Shown here in pieces: positions 20,094-29,840 of a stretch of 64,000 bases of DNA. Each line of letters starts with the position of its first letter. The first letter of the stretch is position 1. The notes beneath the pieces are model-generated. The model was not told where the DNA came from. It saw nothing but the letters and a program-made list of their open reading frames with translations, and did not search any database. The stretch lies in the NCBI GenBank assembly GCA_020440645.1, contig JAGRNR010000004.1, positions 12,762-76,761 on the forward strand, in the 5' to 3' direction. This stretch comes from a bacterium (GTDB lineage: Bacteria > 4484-113 > JAFGCY01). Made by a program: the position numbers and the translations under genes.

Positions 20094-20198
20094 GAGGCGC
20101 GCAACTCGCTTGCGCGCAATGAGGAAGAAGAGCCCGCAGAGGGTCTAACCACAGAGAACACAGAGATCACTGAGAACAAGAAAAACCAGGGGAAACGG

Positions 20199-20702
20199 AT
20201 GAGACTAAGTCTACTCAAGATGTCGCCCTTATCATTCTTATTGCTGTTTGCCGCAATTGCAGAGTGCAATGCAGGTGATGTTACTGCAGCCGCTGTGACC
20301 GGAAAGGAAGCGGGAATTGTTGCACAATTCGTGAATGCAGATCCAAACAGCAGGACGCCTGCGGATCTGGAGACACGCTACTATCGCTATCTTACATATC
20401 CATACTTTGCATATGTGCACAATGACAACCTGTATATACTTTTCGATCCAGGTGGGGCATCGGCAAGTCCTCAACGAGTTTCATTCAGTGATCTGGCAAC
20501 AGGAGAATTGATCGGCGAGGTGTCCGTCACTCAGGATCCGGAGGGATACGAAGGTGAGCTGGAATGCGCAAGGGATCTGATCATCATGCCCGTATCCAAG
20601 ATCAGTGACTGGATTGACGGTGAGATCCCTTGGGATGCAATCAGTATGACTGTTGATTGTGTGCTGGGCAAACCTCAGATGCTTGTGCCCTTAATAGACT
20701 GA
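20199..20702 (+). CDS. Secreted protein of unknown function in a low-GC (~42-45%) island
   Basis: Signal peptide MRLSLLKMSPLSFLLLFAAIAECNA; gene GC content far below surrounding DNA; triple 9-mer repeat immediately upstream (20150-20178). Confidence 0.45.
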   Translation: MRLSLLKMSPLSFLLLFAAIAECNAGDVTAAAVTGKEAGIVAQFVNADPNSRTPADLETRYYRYLTYPYFAYVHNDNLYILFDPGGASASPQRVSFSDLATGELIGEVSVTQDPEGYEGELECARDLIIMPVSKISDWIDGEIPWDAISMTVDCVLGKPQMLVPLID

Positions 20703-20827
20703 CAACGGTATTTGTTGTATTGACATAACGTTGCGGTTTCCAGAATTCTCCGTGCTCACTGTGCTCTCTGTGGTTTATCTCTCCGCGTGCTCCTCTCCCT
20801 CCGTAGCCAGAATGAATTCTGACCTCC

Positions 20828-23170
20828 CTACTCAACCAGCACCGCATAGTGTGCCATCGCCGTCACGTCGTCAACATAGGCCACCGCCGGGAATCCGCCC
20901 ACGTCCGCCAGTGAGACCCAGCCGTCTTCCGCCGTCAGGTCCGTGATCTCCTGCACGGGGAACCAGCTTACGCCAGTGCCGTCCGTGCTGCGGCGGAACT
21001 TCAGCTTGCCTCCGTCAACGAACACGTAGCAGACCCGGTCACCGACCACCTTCGCGGAATACTCGCTGTGGCTGTCACCCGCCGTCGCCGAGAGCTGCTC
21101 CTGGGTGACGAAACCGTTGCCACGCAGGTTGACAAGCCCGTTGCCGGCGTAATCATGCAGCAGCAGCCACTGCCCGCCGGCCGGCAGGTCGAGCACTGCA
21201 TCGCCGATCTCAATCTGCGTCGGGTTGTAGACCGGGAAGGCCACATGCCAGACCACGTTGCCACTGTCGATATGCGAATCCTTGTAGATCACCTGCTTGT
21301 TCTGGGCATCCCAGTAGACCAGTGCAGGTGAACCGCTGACCACGCCGGCGCTGACATTCCAGCCAAGGTTCAGGCCGGAGTCGATCATCCCGGCCGTGTC
21401 CCAGTGGGAGCCGATGGCGTCGTCGCTGAGCGCGTACAGCACCTCGCTGGCATCCCGGTCGAAGATCGCCACGGAGGGCCGTCCATCCGCCATCACCGCC
21501 GAGATGTCACGCAGGTTATTGGCTGACAGCGCGATGTTGTAGGGCGTGGTGAACTGCTGGTCCTCCACATAGTTGTATTCCACCCGGTAACTGCCACCGC
21601 CACTCTGCAGCGAGACCACGCCCGGCACACCACCCACGTCGAGGATGTCCACCTGGCCCTGGGTACCGCCCATCAGTTCGTTGATGCGGCGTGTTGCCAG
21701 CGGCTGGTTCCACATGGCATCGTTGCCGTAGTTGAGTGTGACCACCGTCCTGTCCGTGCTCTCATAGACCGTTGAAATGTAAGGCCGGTTGTCAATGCCC
21801 AGCAATGAGATGTCCTCAATCTCCACCACTGGATTGCCTGATGCGACGATGTCCAGGTCCGTGACCTGCCAGCCCGCATTGGCGGCCACGCTGAACTGCT
21901 TCGAGGCGAAACCAGTTGCGCCATCCTGGTCGCGCACGTACAGGGCGACAGACCAGTTGCCGGGGCCGACATGTTGAGTAAGCGTGACCTTGCCGGGATC
22001 AGTGAATTCAGCCTGGAAGATGCCGTCCACGATGAACCAGAAGTATTCCAGTGCTCCGCCCTCCGGGTCAGTGCTGGCTGAGGCGTCGGCCTTGAGCTGG
22101 AATGGATCCACCCCGGCGTTCTTCTCGATAGTGAAGCTGGCTGACGGGGCCTGGTTGCCAAGCCCGGCGATCTCTGAGGGGATGCCTTCCGTGCCACTGT
22201 CAACCGGGCGCAGCCAGTAGGCGAAGGTGTTGTCACTGGCGGCATCGCTGTGCACTTCGTAGTACAGGCGGCCCTGCGCCGGTGTGTTGAGTGCGTCTGC
22301 GAGTGCTGCGGACTGCAGCTCGGGGATGCTTGATGCCGCTGTGGACGAGGCGGGGTAATCGCCCTGTGTGCCCTGGTAGATGTTGAAGGAGGCCACCCGG
22401 CTGCCGAAGCCGACCCCAATCGGAGAGATGTCGGCGATGTTGATTTCTCCGTTACCATCCCCGTCCACCACTGACTCAACGCTGGCAACGGGGAAGCCGC
22501 CTGTGGATGTCTTGCCGAAGTGCACGGCGATCGGGGTCAGGTCGGAGACATTGACCTCTCCGTTCTGGTCGTAGTCGCCCTGGTTGCGGTAGTACCAGTA
22601 GAAGAAGTTGCGGTTGGGGTCGTAGTCAAGGTCAATGCGTGAACCTGCACTGACCGGCGGCGCACTGGCAGTGCGGGTGCTGGCGACCTCGGCTTCGCCA
22701 TTGAAGCTGATCGTGGCCAGCGTAGTGCTGCCGCTGAAACCGGCTGTGATATCCGGATGCAGCATGCAGACACCGATGTCGACTGTGTTGTCAGCAGAGG
22801 GGACAGCGATGCTCAGTGCATCCTCGCCTGCCCATGGGCCGGGGCTGACACTCGCGCTGCCAGTGGCAGTGCCGGGGATGGCAATGCGCAGGTAGGCTGC
22901 GCGCAGGTTCATTGCCTCAGTTGTGCTGATCGTGGCAAGCGGCTGGCCATCCTGCTCAGTCCAGTCGATGCTCAGGGAACCGGGATCGAGAGATTCGAAT
23001 ATGCCGCCGGGGAGGATCTCAATTGCACCAGTCTGCTTCTGGTCAGCTGTACTGAGCGCTGCCGGTCCGTCAAGCGTGGGACTGGCATTGCCTTGGTCCC
23101 TGCCGGAGCTGCACGAACAGCATGCAGTGGTCATCAGCACGAATATCAGTTGTTGCCAGTGAATGCGCAT
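20828..23170 (-). CDS. Large secreted lipoprotein (780 aa) with dockerin-type-I-like repeat pair and PKD/Ig-like and beta-propeller-like regions
   Basis: Lipobox TTACCSCSS; YRNQGDYDQNGEVNVSDLTPIAVHFG + DGDGNGEINIADISPIGVGFG; PKD-like FTIEKNAGVDPFQLKADASASTDPEGGALEYFW...ALYVRDQDGATGFASKQFSV. Confidence 0.6.
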   Translation of the reverse strand: MRIHWQQLIFVLMTTACCSCSSGRDQGNASPTLDGPAALSTADQKQTGAIEILPGGIFESLDPGSLSIDWTEQDGQPLATISTTEAMNLRAAYLRIAIPGTATGSASVSPGPWAGEDALSIAVPSADNTVDIGVCMLHPDITAGFSGSTTLATISFNGEAEVASTRTASAPPVSAGSRIDLDYDPNRNFFYWYYRNQGDYDQNGEVNVSDLTPIAVHFGKTSTGGFPVASVESVVDGDGNGEINIADISPIGVGFGSRVASFNIYQGTQGDYPASSTAASSIPELQSAALADALNTPAQGRLYYEVHSDAASDNTFAYWLRPVDSGTEGIPSEIAGLGNQAPSASFTIEKNAGVDPFQLKADASASTDPEGGALEYFWFIVDGIFQAEFTDPGKVTLTQHVGPGNWSVALYVRDQDGATGFASKQFSVAANAGWQVTDLDIVASGNPVVEIEDISLLGIDNRPYISTVYESTDRTVVTLNYGNDAMWNQPLATRRINELMGGTQGQVDILDVGGVPGVVSLQSGGGSYRVEYNYVEDQQFTTPYNIALSANNLRDISAVMADGRPSVAIFDRDASEVLYALSDDAIGSHWDTAGMIDSGLNLGWNVSAGVVSGSPALVYWDAQNKQVIYKDSHIDSGNVVWHVAFPVYNPTQIEIGDAVLDLPAGGQWLLLHDYAGNGLVNLRGNGFVTQEQLSATAGDSHSEYSAKVVGDRVCYVFVDGGKLKFRRSTDGTGVSWFPVQEITDLTAEDGWVSLADVGGFPAVAYVDDVTAMAHYAVLVE

Positions 23171-23233
23171 TGCGAATGGCCTCCCGGACCGTATCCGCGC
23201 ATTATACCCGGATTTAACTTTTTGGGCTGATCC

Positions 23234-24679
23234 CTATCTTGCAGGCTGTACTACGGGCAAAGCAGTCCAGTCCCAGGCGTCAATGGCATCAACAACGTCC
23301 AAATCGTAAGAAGCCAGTTCCTTGCCAGTGTAGAGTTGTCTTTGCTGTTGCCAGATTTCCTCGAAAACCCTGAACCCCATGCCACCGGATATCCACAGGT
23401 CCAGTGTCTCGCGAGCGCCTGGCTGGTTCTCTGCCATCCGGATTGCGGCAGGGAGCAGTTTTTTCTGCGCTACGTACTCCTCATATCGCTGTGGATTGTT
23501 CAATGCCGTGAATATCTCCTCCCTTTCCATCTGCAGCACTCTCAATTCATCAATCAGGAAGGGCAGGTCCTTGCGTTGTTGTACGTCAAGGTAATCCGGG
23601 TAATCTCTGGTGCAGGCCTTCAAGGTGCCTATGATAACCTGCAGCAGGAATGTGTCACCAGAATCCCTCATCCGATAGTAGGCACGGTTATGCAGCATTG
23701 CTCTGTGCAGTGTCTGCAATTCGTTGAATCGCCCCTCCTCCAGCAGCTTCAGCGAAACCCAGTAGGCAAGCTGGAGGCTGGCAGAGGCGGATATCCAGTT
23801 GCGAGAGTTGTAATCGGTAAGGTTTGGTCCGATCAGCATGCCTGCCAGGATCTCATTCCCGGGAACCTGTCCATCCTTGAAACTGTCAATCACGGAACTA
23901 ACCGGGAATTCCGGAATCGGGCCATTGAATGGCGCAGCCAGCGACTGGTCCAGGTCTTCCAGCGCCTCAGCTTCGTTGCCATTGCTGAACTGCAGGAGCG
24001 CACGCTCCAGGTACGCCCAGGCGTGTTCAGGATACAGTGAAGTGTATACGTCGAGGAGTAGCAGCAGCTCCGCGCTGGATTCCCCTTCCCACATGAACTG
24101 CGGCAAGCCGCTGTCCCGCGGAGTTCTAATGCGATTCTTGAGTTGCTTTTCCGAAATCAAGCGCATCATAAGCGCAGGGCTGCGGATGCCACGCTCATAA
24201 GCTTCCTCAAGAATTGCCATCCCGTCCACGATGTCCATGAATACTCCACTGCTGCCAGCCTGCCTGCAGTAGATACGCAGCTCCCACCAGCGCGGGTCAT
24301 CCCCGAACTCATCCTCCCAATCCAGCAGCACGCTATCAGGCAACAGGGCTGGCTCCGCGATGGCGGCATCATTGTGCGAAATGTAGACAAATGCTTCTGG
24401 CGCAGAGTATTCCCAGATTGCGGCTGCATAGCTGTCAAACAGAGCATCGCCGCTTGGCTTTGGTCTCGCGCCCTCAATGCGCGTCTGCACATCCTCGCGA
24501 TGTAGGAGCTGATGGGCAGTTTCCTCGAAGTCAGAGTCGTCATCCTGTGCGTTGGCAGGATAGGCGTTGAAAGTCACCGCCAACAGCAGCATTGCTGCCA
24601 TTACCCAAGGCAGTTTCATTGAGTGTCCTCCCCGACTATCGTAGGACATGGAAACAAGGTTGCAGGTTGCCGGTTGCAC
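23234..24679 (-). CDS. Secreted protein of unknown function (probable start 24619 after GGAGGA SD; MKLPWVMAAMLLLAVTFNAYPANA)
   Basis: Signal peptide; moderate-GC gene; conserved upstream motif at 24662-24678. Confidence 0.5.
   Translation of the reverse strand: MQPATCNLVSMSYDSRGGHSMKLPWVMAAMLLLAVTFNAYPANAQDDDSDFEETAHQLLHREDVQTRIEGARPKPSGDALFDSYAAAIWEYSAPEAFVYISHNDAAIAEPALLPDSVLLDWEDEFGDDPRWWELRIYCRQAGSSGVFMDIVDGMAILEEAYERGIRSPALMMRLISEKQLKNRIRTPRDSGLPQFMWEGESSAELLLLLDVYTSLYPEHAWAYLERALLQFSNGNEAEALEDLDQSLAAPFNGPIPEFPVSSVIDSFKDGQVPGNEILAGMLIGPNLTDYNSRNWISASASLQLAYWVSLKLLEEGRFNELQTLHRAMLHNRAYYRMRDSGDTFLLQVIIGTLKACTRDYPDYLDVQQRKDLPFLIDELRVLQMEREEIFTALNNPQRYEEYVAQKKLLPAAIRMAENQPGARETLDLWISGGMGFRVFEEIWQQQRQLYTGKELASYDLDVVDAIDAWDWTALPVVQPAR
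24662..24678 (-). promoter_or_regulatory. Second copy of upstream motif GCAGGTTGCCGGTTGCA (coding strand TGCAACCGGCAACCTGCAACC), ~45-60 nt upstream of the predicted ATG 24619
   Basis: 16/17 identity with 4119-4135, same orientation relative to the downstream gene. Confidence 0.35.
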
Positions 24680-24808
24680 GTTTCAGGGAAGTCAATGAGT
24701 CAAGAAGTCAACGAGTTAATGGCCTCAATGCTTCTAAGCATTGATGTGACTTATTGCCTGATTGACTCAGTGACTCCGGTCACAATGATTACGGCGAGCT
24801 GAATCCTC

Positions 24809-26968
24809 ATGCTCCCGCTTAACAAACGTCCACCATTCGCCGGGTATCATCCTACTGTGATGGAGTATCCCGAGCAGGTCCACCGCAAGCTGCGCCAGTT
24901 GCCGGATTCACCGGGCGTGTACCAGATGAAGGACGCGCGCGGCAAGATCCTGTACATCGGCAAGGCGCTTGTGTTGAAGAACCGAGTCTCGAGCTACTTC
25001 ACCGCCGCTGCCGAGAGCGACCCGCGCATCGCCCAGCTGGTTACGGAGATCCGCGATCTGGACTGGATCGTGGTGCCGACCGAGATCGACGCGCTGATGC
25101 TGGAAAGCTCGCTGATCCGCACCTTCAAGCCGCGCTACAACACGATGCTCAAGGACGACAAGTCCTACCCCTACGTCAAGATCAGCACCAATGAGAAGTT
25201 CCCGCGCGTGATGCTGACGCGGCAGTACCTTGACGACGGCGCGCGCTACTGGGGGCCGATGACGAGCGTCGGGCAGGTCAGGAGCGCGATGAAGTTCATC
25301 GCCGGAATGTTCCAGCTCAGGACCTGCAAGCTGGAGATTGACGACGAGCACAAGTACCACAAGCCCTGCCTGGACTTCCACCTGAAGCTGTGCAGCGCGC
25401 CCTGTGTCGGCTACATCGACGAGAAGAAGTACGGCGCGCTGGTGCAGTACGCCGTGGACTTCTTCAATGGCAACTACGGCACCGTGATTGACGAGATGAA
25501 GAAGCGGATGTGGGAGGCGGCGGAGAACCGCGACTATGAAAGTGCGGCACGCTACCGCGACCTGATCGAGGCCGCCGAGAAGAGCTTCCAGCGCACGCGC
25601 ATGATCGGGCGGCCGGGAGAGAACTACGACGTGCTCGGGCTGGCGCGCAGCCGGGACAAGGCCTGCGTGCTGGTGATGCCGGTACGTGACGGGCGCCTGA
25701 TCGGCGACCGCAAGTTCGTGCTGGACCATCGCCTGGAGGACAGCGCTGACAACGACGTGCTATCCGGCTTCCTCAAGCTGCACTATGCCAACCCGCAGAA
25801 CGTGCCGCCTGAGCTTGTGCTGCCGCACCAGCCGCAGGATGCGGAGGTGATCCGCCAGTGGCTCGGCCGGCTGCGCTTCCAGGCGCTGGAGCACCGCGGT
25901 GAGGCTGAGGAGGTGGCGATCCTCGCCGGCAGCTTCGCGGAGAACGGCGAGGCCGGTGTGGTGCCGGAGCTGGTCTCCGGAGATGGCAATGTGGCGATCA
26001 CCGACACCGCCGGGATGCCGATCCGCCGCGTGCTGCTGACGACGCCGAAGCGCGGCAAGAAGCTGGAGCTCCTGGGGATTGCCAATCGCAATGCGCAGGA
26101 GCGCCTGCACACGGTGCTCTTGGGGGGTGGCGGAGACTACGTCGTCACGCCGGGGCAGAAGGCGCTCAAGGAGCACCTCTCGCTGCCGGACTACCCGCGC
26201 CGCATCGAGGGCTACGACATTGCCAACCTGCAGGGCCAGCAGGCCACGGGGGCGATGGTGGTGTTCACCGGCGGGCGCAAGGATGCCCCGGAGTACCGCC
26301 TGTTCAACATCCGCCTGAAGCAGACCCCGGATGACTACGCTATGCTGATGGAGACCCTGCACCGGCGGCTCAGGCGCCTGCTGACCGACCCGAAATGGAA
26401 GAAGCAGGTGGACCTCGTGATGATCGACGGCGGCAAGGGGCAGCTCAACAGCGTGCGCCGCGTGTTCGACCAGATGATGGACGACCCGGACCTGTCAACG
26501 GAGCAGCGCGAGGTGCTCGACGGCATCAAGCTGTGCAGCCTCGCCAAGCAGGAGGAGCTGGTCTACCACTACAACGACATTGACCAGCTGGAGGAGATCC
26601 GCCTGCCGCATACCGACCCCGGCCTGCGGCTGCTGGTGGAGCTGCGCAATGAGGCGCACCGCTTTGGCAACTCGCAGCACTCGAGGATGAAGGAGAAGGC
26701 GATGCGCATCTCGGTCCTGGACACCGTGCCGGGCCTGGGGGAGACGCGCAAGCGGGAGCTTTTGCGGCACTTCGGCAGCGTCAAGCGCCTGCGGGAAGCC
26801 ACGGTGGAGGAGCTGCTGGAGGTGAAGGGTATCGGCCGAGCATTCGCCGAGCACATCCGCAAGTACCTCGAGCGTGACAACGAGCTGGAGGAGGCCAAGA
26901 TGGAAAAAAAGCGCGAGATGCGCATCCGCCGCATCCGCCGCGAAGGCGACCCGGACCGGCCTGGGTAG
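24809..26968 (+). CDS. uvrC: Excinuclease ABC subunit C (UvrC) with short basic C-terminal tail
   Basis: GIY-YIG motif GVYQMKDARGKILYIGKA...YF, UvrBC-interaction and RNaseH-like regions, C-terminal HhH (LLRHFGSVKRLREATVEELLEVKGIGRAFAEHI). Likely start at MEYPEQV (24860). Tail MEKKREMRIRRIRREGDPDRPG. Confidence 0.9.
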   Translation: MLPLNKRPPFAGYHPTVMEYPEQVHRKLRQLPDSPGVYQMKDARGKILYIGKALVLKNRVSSYFTAAAESDPRIAQLVTEIRDLDWIVVPTEIDALMLESSLIRTFKPRYNTMLKDDKSYPYVKISTNEKFPRVMLTRQYLDDGARYWGPMTSVGQVRSAMKFIAGMFQLRTCKLEIDDEHKYHKPCLDFHLKLCSAPCVGYIDEKKYGALVQYAVDFFNGNYGTVIDEMKKRMWEAAENRDYESAARYRDLIEAAEKSFQRTRMIGRPGENYDVLGLARSRDKACVLVMPVRDGRLIGDRKFVLDHRLEDSADNDVLSGFLKLHYANPQNVPPELVLPHQPQDAEVIRQWLGRLRFQALEHRGEAEEVAILAGSFAENGEAGVVPELVSGDGNVAITDTAGMPIRRVLLTTPKRGKKLELLGIANRNAQERLHTVLLGGGGDYVVTPGQKALKEHLSLPDYPRRIEGYDIANLQGQQATGAMVVFTGGRKDAPEYRLFNIRLKQTPDDYAMLMETLHRRLRRLLTDPKWKKQVDLVMIDGGKGQLNSVRRVFDQMMDDPDLSTEQREVLDGIKLCSLAKQEELVYHYNDIDQLEEIRLPHTDPGLRLLVELRNEAHRFGNSQHSRMKEKAMRISVLDTVPGLGETRKRELLRHFGSVKRLREATVEELLEVKGIGRAFAEHIRKYLERDNELEEAKMEKKREMRIRRIRREGDPDRPG

Positions 26969-26977
26969 GAAGCAGTA

Positions 26978-29794
26978 TCATTGTTTTTCCAAGGATCGTT
27001 CAAATCTCATTTCTGCCAATCTAAGGTCCTTCAAGATACACATTTCTTCATGCGGTATCAACTTCTGATTTATTTCTAGAATTGCAGCGATAATCTCTTT
27101 TCCGCAATTCTGAAGATCCTGTATTGAATTCGAGCTATCACAACGACAGATTTCTAATAGAATTTCATTTGCGGAATCGTTATTGAATCCTCCGCTGATT
27201 AATTTGGTACATGTATCAAGTCTGAGCAATTGATATATTGCATAATCCATGTTGTCAGTTATTGAAGTTTCACTTATTAATTTATGCATTTCTTCCAAAT
27301 CCAGATAAACGTCCTGAATAATGTTGCAACGACACAAATACATTGCAGCACTTATTTTATCCTCCCATTGCCTGTCTTCTAATACAGCATACGCAACATC
27401 CCGGAAATAATCTGTGGCTTTACTGATTTTATTATTTTCAAAATACATAGAACCTATAGCCGCTTTTGCAAAGAGCTCTGCATGCTTATTGTATACATCT
27501 TCAGAAAGTCTGGCTGAAGTTTGGAGATATGATATACCGCTCAGAAAATCACTTTCACTTATGAAAATTCCAAGATTATTCAATGCAAAGATTTGTCCAA
27601 ATAGGTCATCATTTCCCCTGGCATGTTCAATAGCCTTCTCCAGTTTGTCAAGAACACCATCTTGGTTTCCGCACTTCAACCGACAGATAGCATGATGTGT
27701 CAGAAGCTCTGTTAAGCCACTGTATTCATTAAGTTCATTACATTGATCGAGGATCTCACAATACATCTTTTCAGCCTCGCGAACATCTCCCATTCGAGAT
27801 GTAAGTACAGCAATTCTTGTTTTGATCCTCAACAAAAGATCCTTGTCGATTGGATTGCAAGCATCAAGTGCTATTTTGAGCAATTCCATAGCTTCTGGCA
27901 GTTCTGAAGGTTTTATGTACTTCGATGCAAAGTGAAGCAAGAACTTGGGTGAACGTGGCGGTGATTCTGGCGATAGTTTCCTGGCTTCATTCCAAAAAAC
28001 TGTGGCGGTCTGCGAAATTTTTTCGAACTCCTCATAGTTCCTTTGATGTGAGTATCGAGACATCAAACTACAAGCAATCCAGTGGGCTGCATGATAATTC
28101 CCATCTAGTGCATATAGCTCCATTGCCTTCAAAGACATCATATCAGCATAGGAACTCGACGCTTGAATTGGTAGAGTCTCATAATATGCAAGAAAACTAT
28201 TGATCATGACTGATTGCCATTTCTCATCTGACACGGTCCCCGCCCGCTTCTCCGCATGCTCGCTCAGCCACTTCAGGGCATTGCGGCGTTCGTCGAACGG
28301 CCATTCATCGAGTTGGCCACCCTCGAACTGCAGGCGCAGCACGTTACCGAGGTATTCCTCCACCAATGTGTGTTCCTCGTTGTCAGCGCCGAAGCTCTGC
28401 CGCACACGCTCGAAGATCAGGCGGTGGCGGAAGCTGTACAGATGCGAAGTCGCAAGCTTCTGCTCACGGGTTACGAGCTGGTGGATGCGTCCGAGGTCGC
28501 CCAGCATCACACTGGCACGGCCGCGCTGCATCCCAAGATGTTCCGCGGTGTATGTGATCAGTTCATCGAGGAACTTCTGCCCCATCACACTGCCCCACTG
28601 CAGCACCCGCAGGCGGTCGCCATCCAGCAGGCGCAGGCGGCGGTCGATCACCTCGCCCACGCGCAGCGGGATCCGTGACAGCTCGGCGTCACCAACTTTC
28701 AGTGCACCGTTGCCATCCAGCCAGCCCTCCTCCTCGACGAGCTTTGCATAGTTGACGGCGTAGAACGGATGCTCGCCGGCGCGCTGCACGATCCGCGAGA
28801 TCGTCTCATCGCTGGCACCGGGCAGGTGGTCTGAGATGATCCCCGCCATTGATTCGCGGGTGAGGTCCTGTCCCAGCTCGATGCGAGTCACGCACTGGCC
28901 ATCGGCATGCCGCAGCAGTCCGTGCTCCAGTTCCGCAGCCGTGCTTGACAACCTGCCGGGGTCATCCTGGCGGGCCGCCAGCTGGGCTGCCAGCTCATTG
29001 GAACGGATCGTGGAGATGCACAGAAGTTTCCAGCCGCGCCGCAGGCCGAGGTCCAGCATGCGCTGCAGGAAGCCGAGGCTGCGTGCATCGGCCCATTGCG
29101 CGTCGTCAACCACAAGCACCAGCGGCACTGTGGGCAGCTTACTGTCCGCCTCGTCGTTGAGGGTTGCCAGCATGCGGCTGATCATGTCCTCGGGCTTCTG
29201 GCCGTTGTAGATGTCCGTCGCGCCGGCCACGCTCGTGACGTCGCGCGCGCTCTTCAGCTCGCGCTGCCGGCGGCCCAGTTGCCAGATCGAGCGCAGCGCG
29301 GCATATACATCAATCAGCGGTCCGGCCGGGGAGAAACCGAGCCCGGCCTCCATCACGGAGCGGCCGGTCTCCAGCCAGGCATCCTTCACGAGCTTGGCGC
29401 GCATGATGCCGTCCAGATGCAGCACGAGCTGGTCCATTGCGTCGAGGAAGGGGGAGAATCCCTCCCTGTCATGTTCATTGCCGGGAGGGCATGTGATTGC
29501 CCACCACATGAAGGGCAGTGCGCCACGTGGCGGCCGGCCCTTCGGGAACTCGGGCCGCAGGCTGTCAATCGTGTTCGCTCCGAGGGCGAGGTCGGGCCAG
29601 TAGCCCTCACGCCCCATGTCCAGCTGCGGGTCGTAACGGGTTGTCAGGATCTGGTAGAGTTCCTGCACCAGCCGCGTCTTACCCATGCCGGGCTCACCAG
29701 ACACCCGGACATACTGGACGTTGCCCTGGCGTGATTTCTCCCACGCGGAAACCAGCAGCTCAAGCTCAGCATCTCGGCCCCGTAACGGATACAT
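26978..29794 (-). CDS. STAND-type NTPase (N-terminal AAA_16-like ATPase) with C-terminal TPR-like sensor repeats; C-terminal ~530 aa encoded by AT-rich DNA
   Basis: N-terminus LRGRDAELELLVSAWEKSRQGNVQYVRVSGEPGMGKTRLVQELYQIL (Walker A GEPGMGKT); Walker B-like LVLVVDDAQWAD; no HTH at C-terminus. Coordinates 26978-~28200 are ~35-40% GC, 28200-29794 ~65% GC. Confidence 0.75.
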   Translation of the reverse strand: MYPLRGRDAELELLVSAWEKSRQGNVQYVRVSGEPGMGKTRLVQELYQILTTRYDPQLDMGREGYWPDLALGANTIDSLRPEFPKGRPPRGALPFMWWAITCPPGNEHDREGFSPFLDAMDQLVLHLDGIMRAKLVKDAWLETGRSVMEAGLGFSPAGPLIDVYAALRSIWQLGRRQRELKSARDVTSVAGATDIYNGQKPEDMISRMLATLNDEADSKLPTVPLVLVVDDAQWADARSLGFLQRMLDLGLRRGWKLLCISTIRSNELAAQLAARQDDPGRLSSTAAELEHGLLRHADGQCVTRIELGQDLTRESMAGIISDHLPGASDETISRIVQRAGEHPFYAVNYAKLVEEEGWLDGNGALKVGDAELSRIPLRVGEVIDRRLRLLDGDRLRVLQWGSVMGQKFLDELITYTAEHLGMQRGRASVMLGDLGRIHQLVTREQKLATSHLYSFRHRLIFERVRQSFGADNEEHTLVEEYLGNVLRLQFEGGQLDEWPFDERRNALKWLSEHAEKRAGTVSDEKWQSVMINSFLAYYETLPIQASSSYADMMSLKAMELYALDGNYHAAHWIACSLMSRYSHQRNYEEFEKISQTATVFWNEARKLSPESPPRSPKFLLHFASKYIKPSELPEAMELLKIALDACNPIDKDLLLRIKTRIAVLTSRMGDVREAEKMYCEILDQCNELNEYSGLTELLTHHAICRLKCGNQDGVLDKLEKAIEHARGNDDLFGQIFALNNLGIFISESDFLSGISYLQTSARLSEDVYNKHAELFAKAAIGSMYFENNKISKATDYFRDVAYAVLEDRQWEDKISAAMYLCRCNIIQDVYLDLEEMHKLISETSITDNMDYAIYQLLRLDTCTKLISGGFNNDSANEILLEICRCDSSNSIQDLQNCGKEIIAAILEINQKLIPHEEMCILKDLRLAEMRFERSLEKQ

Positions 29795-29840
29795 CCGTCA
29801 ATTATATGTAATCACCAACGCAGGAACCGGGAACCGGCAC

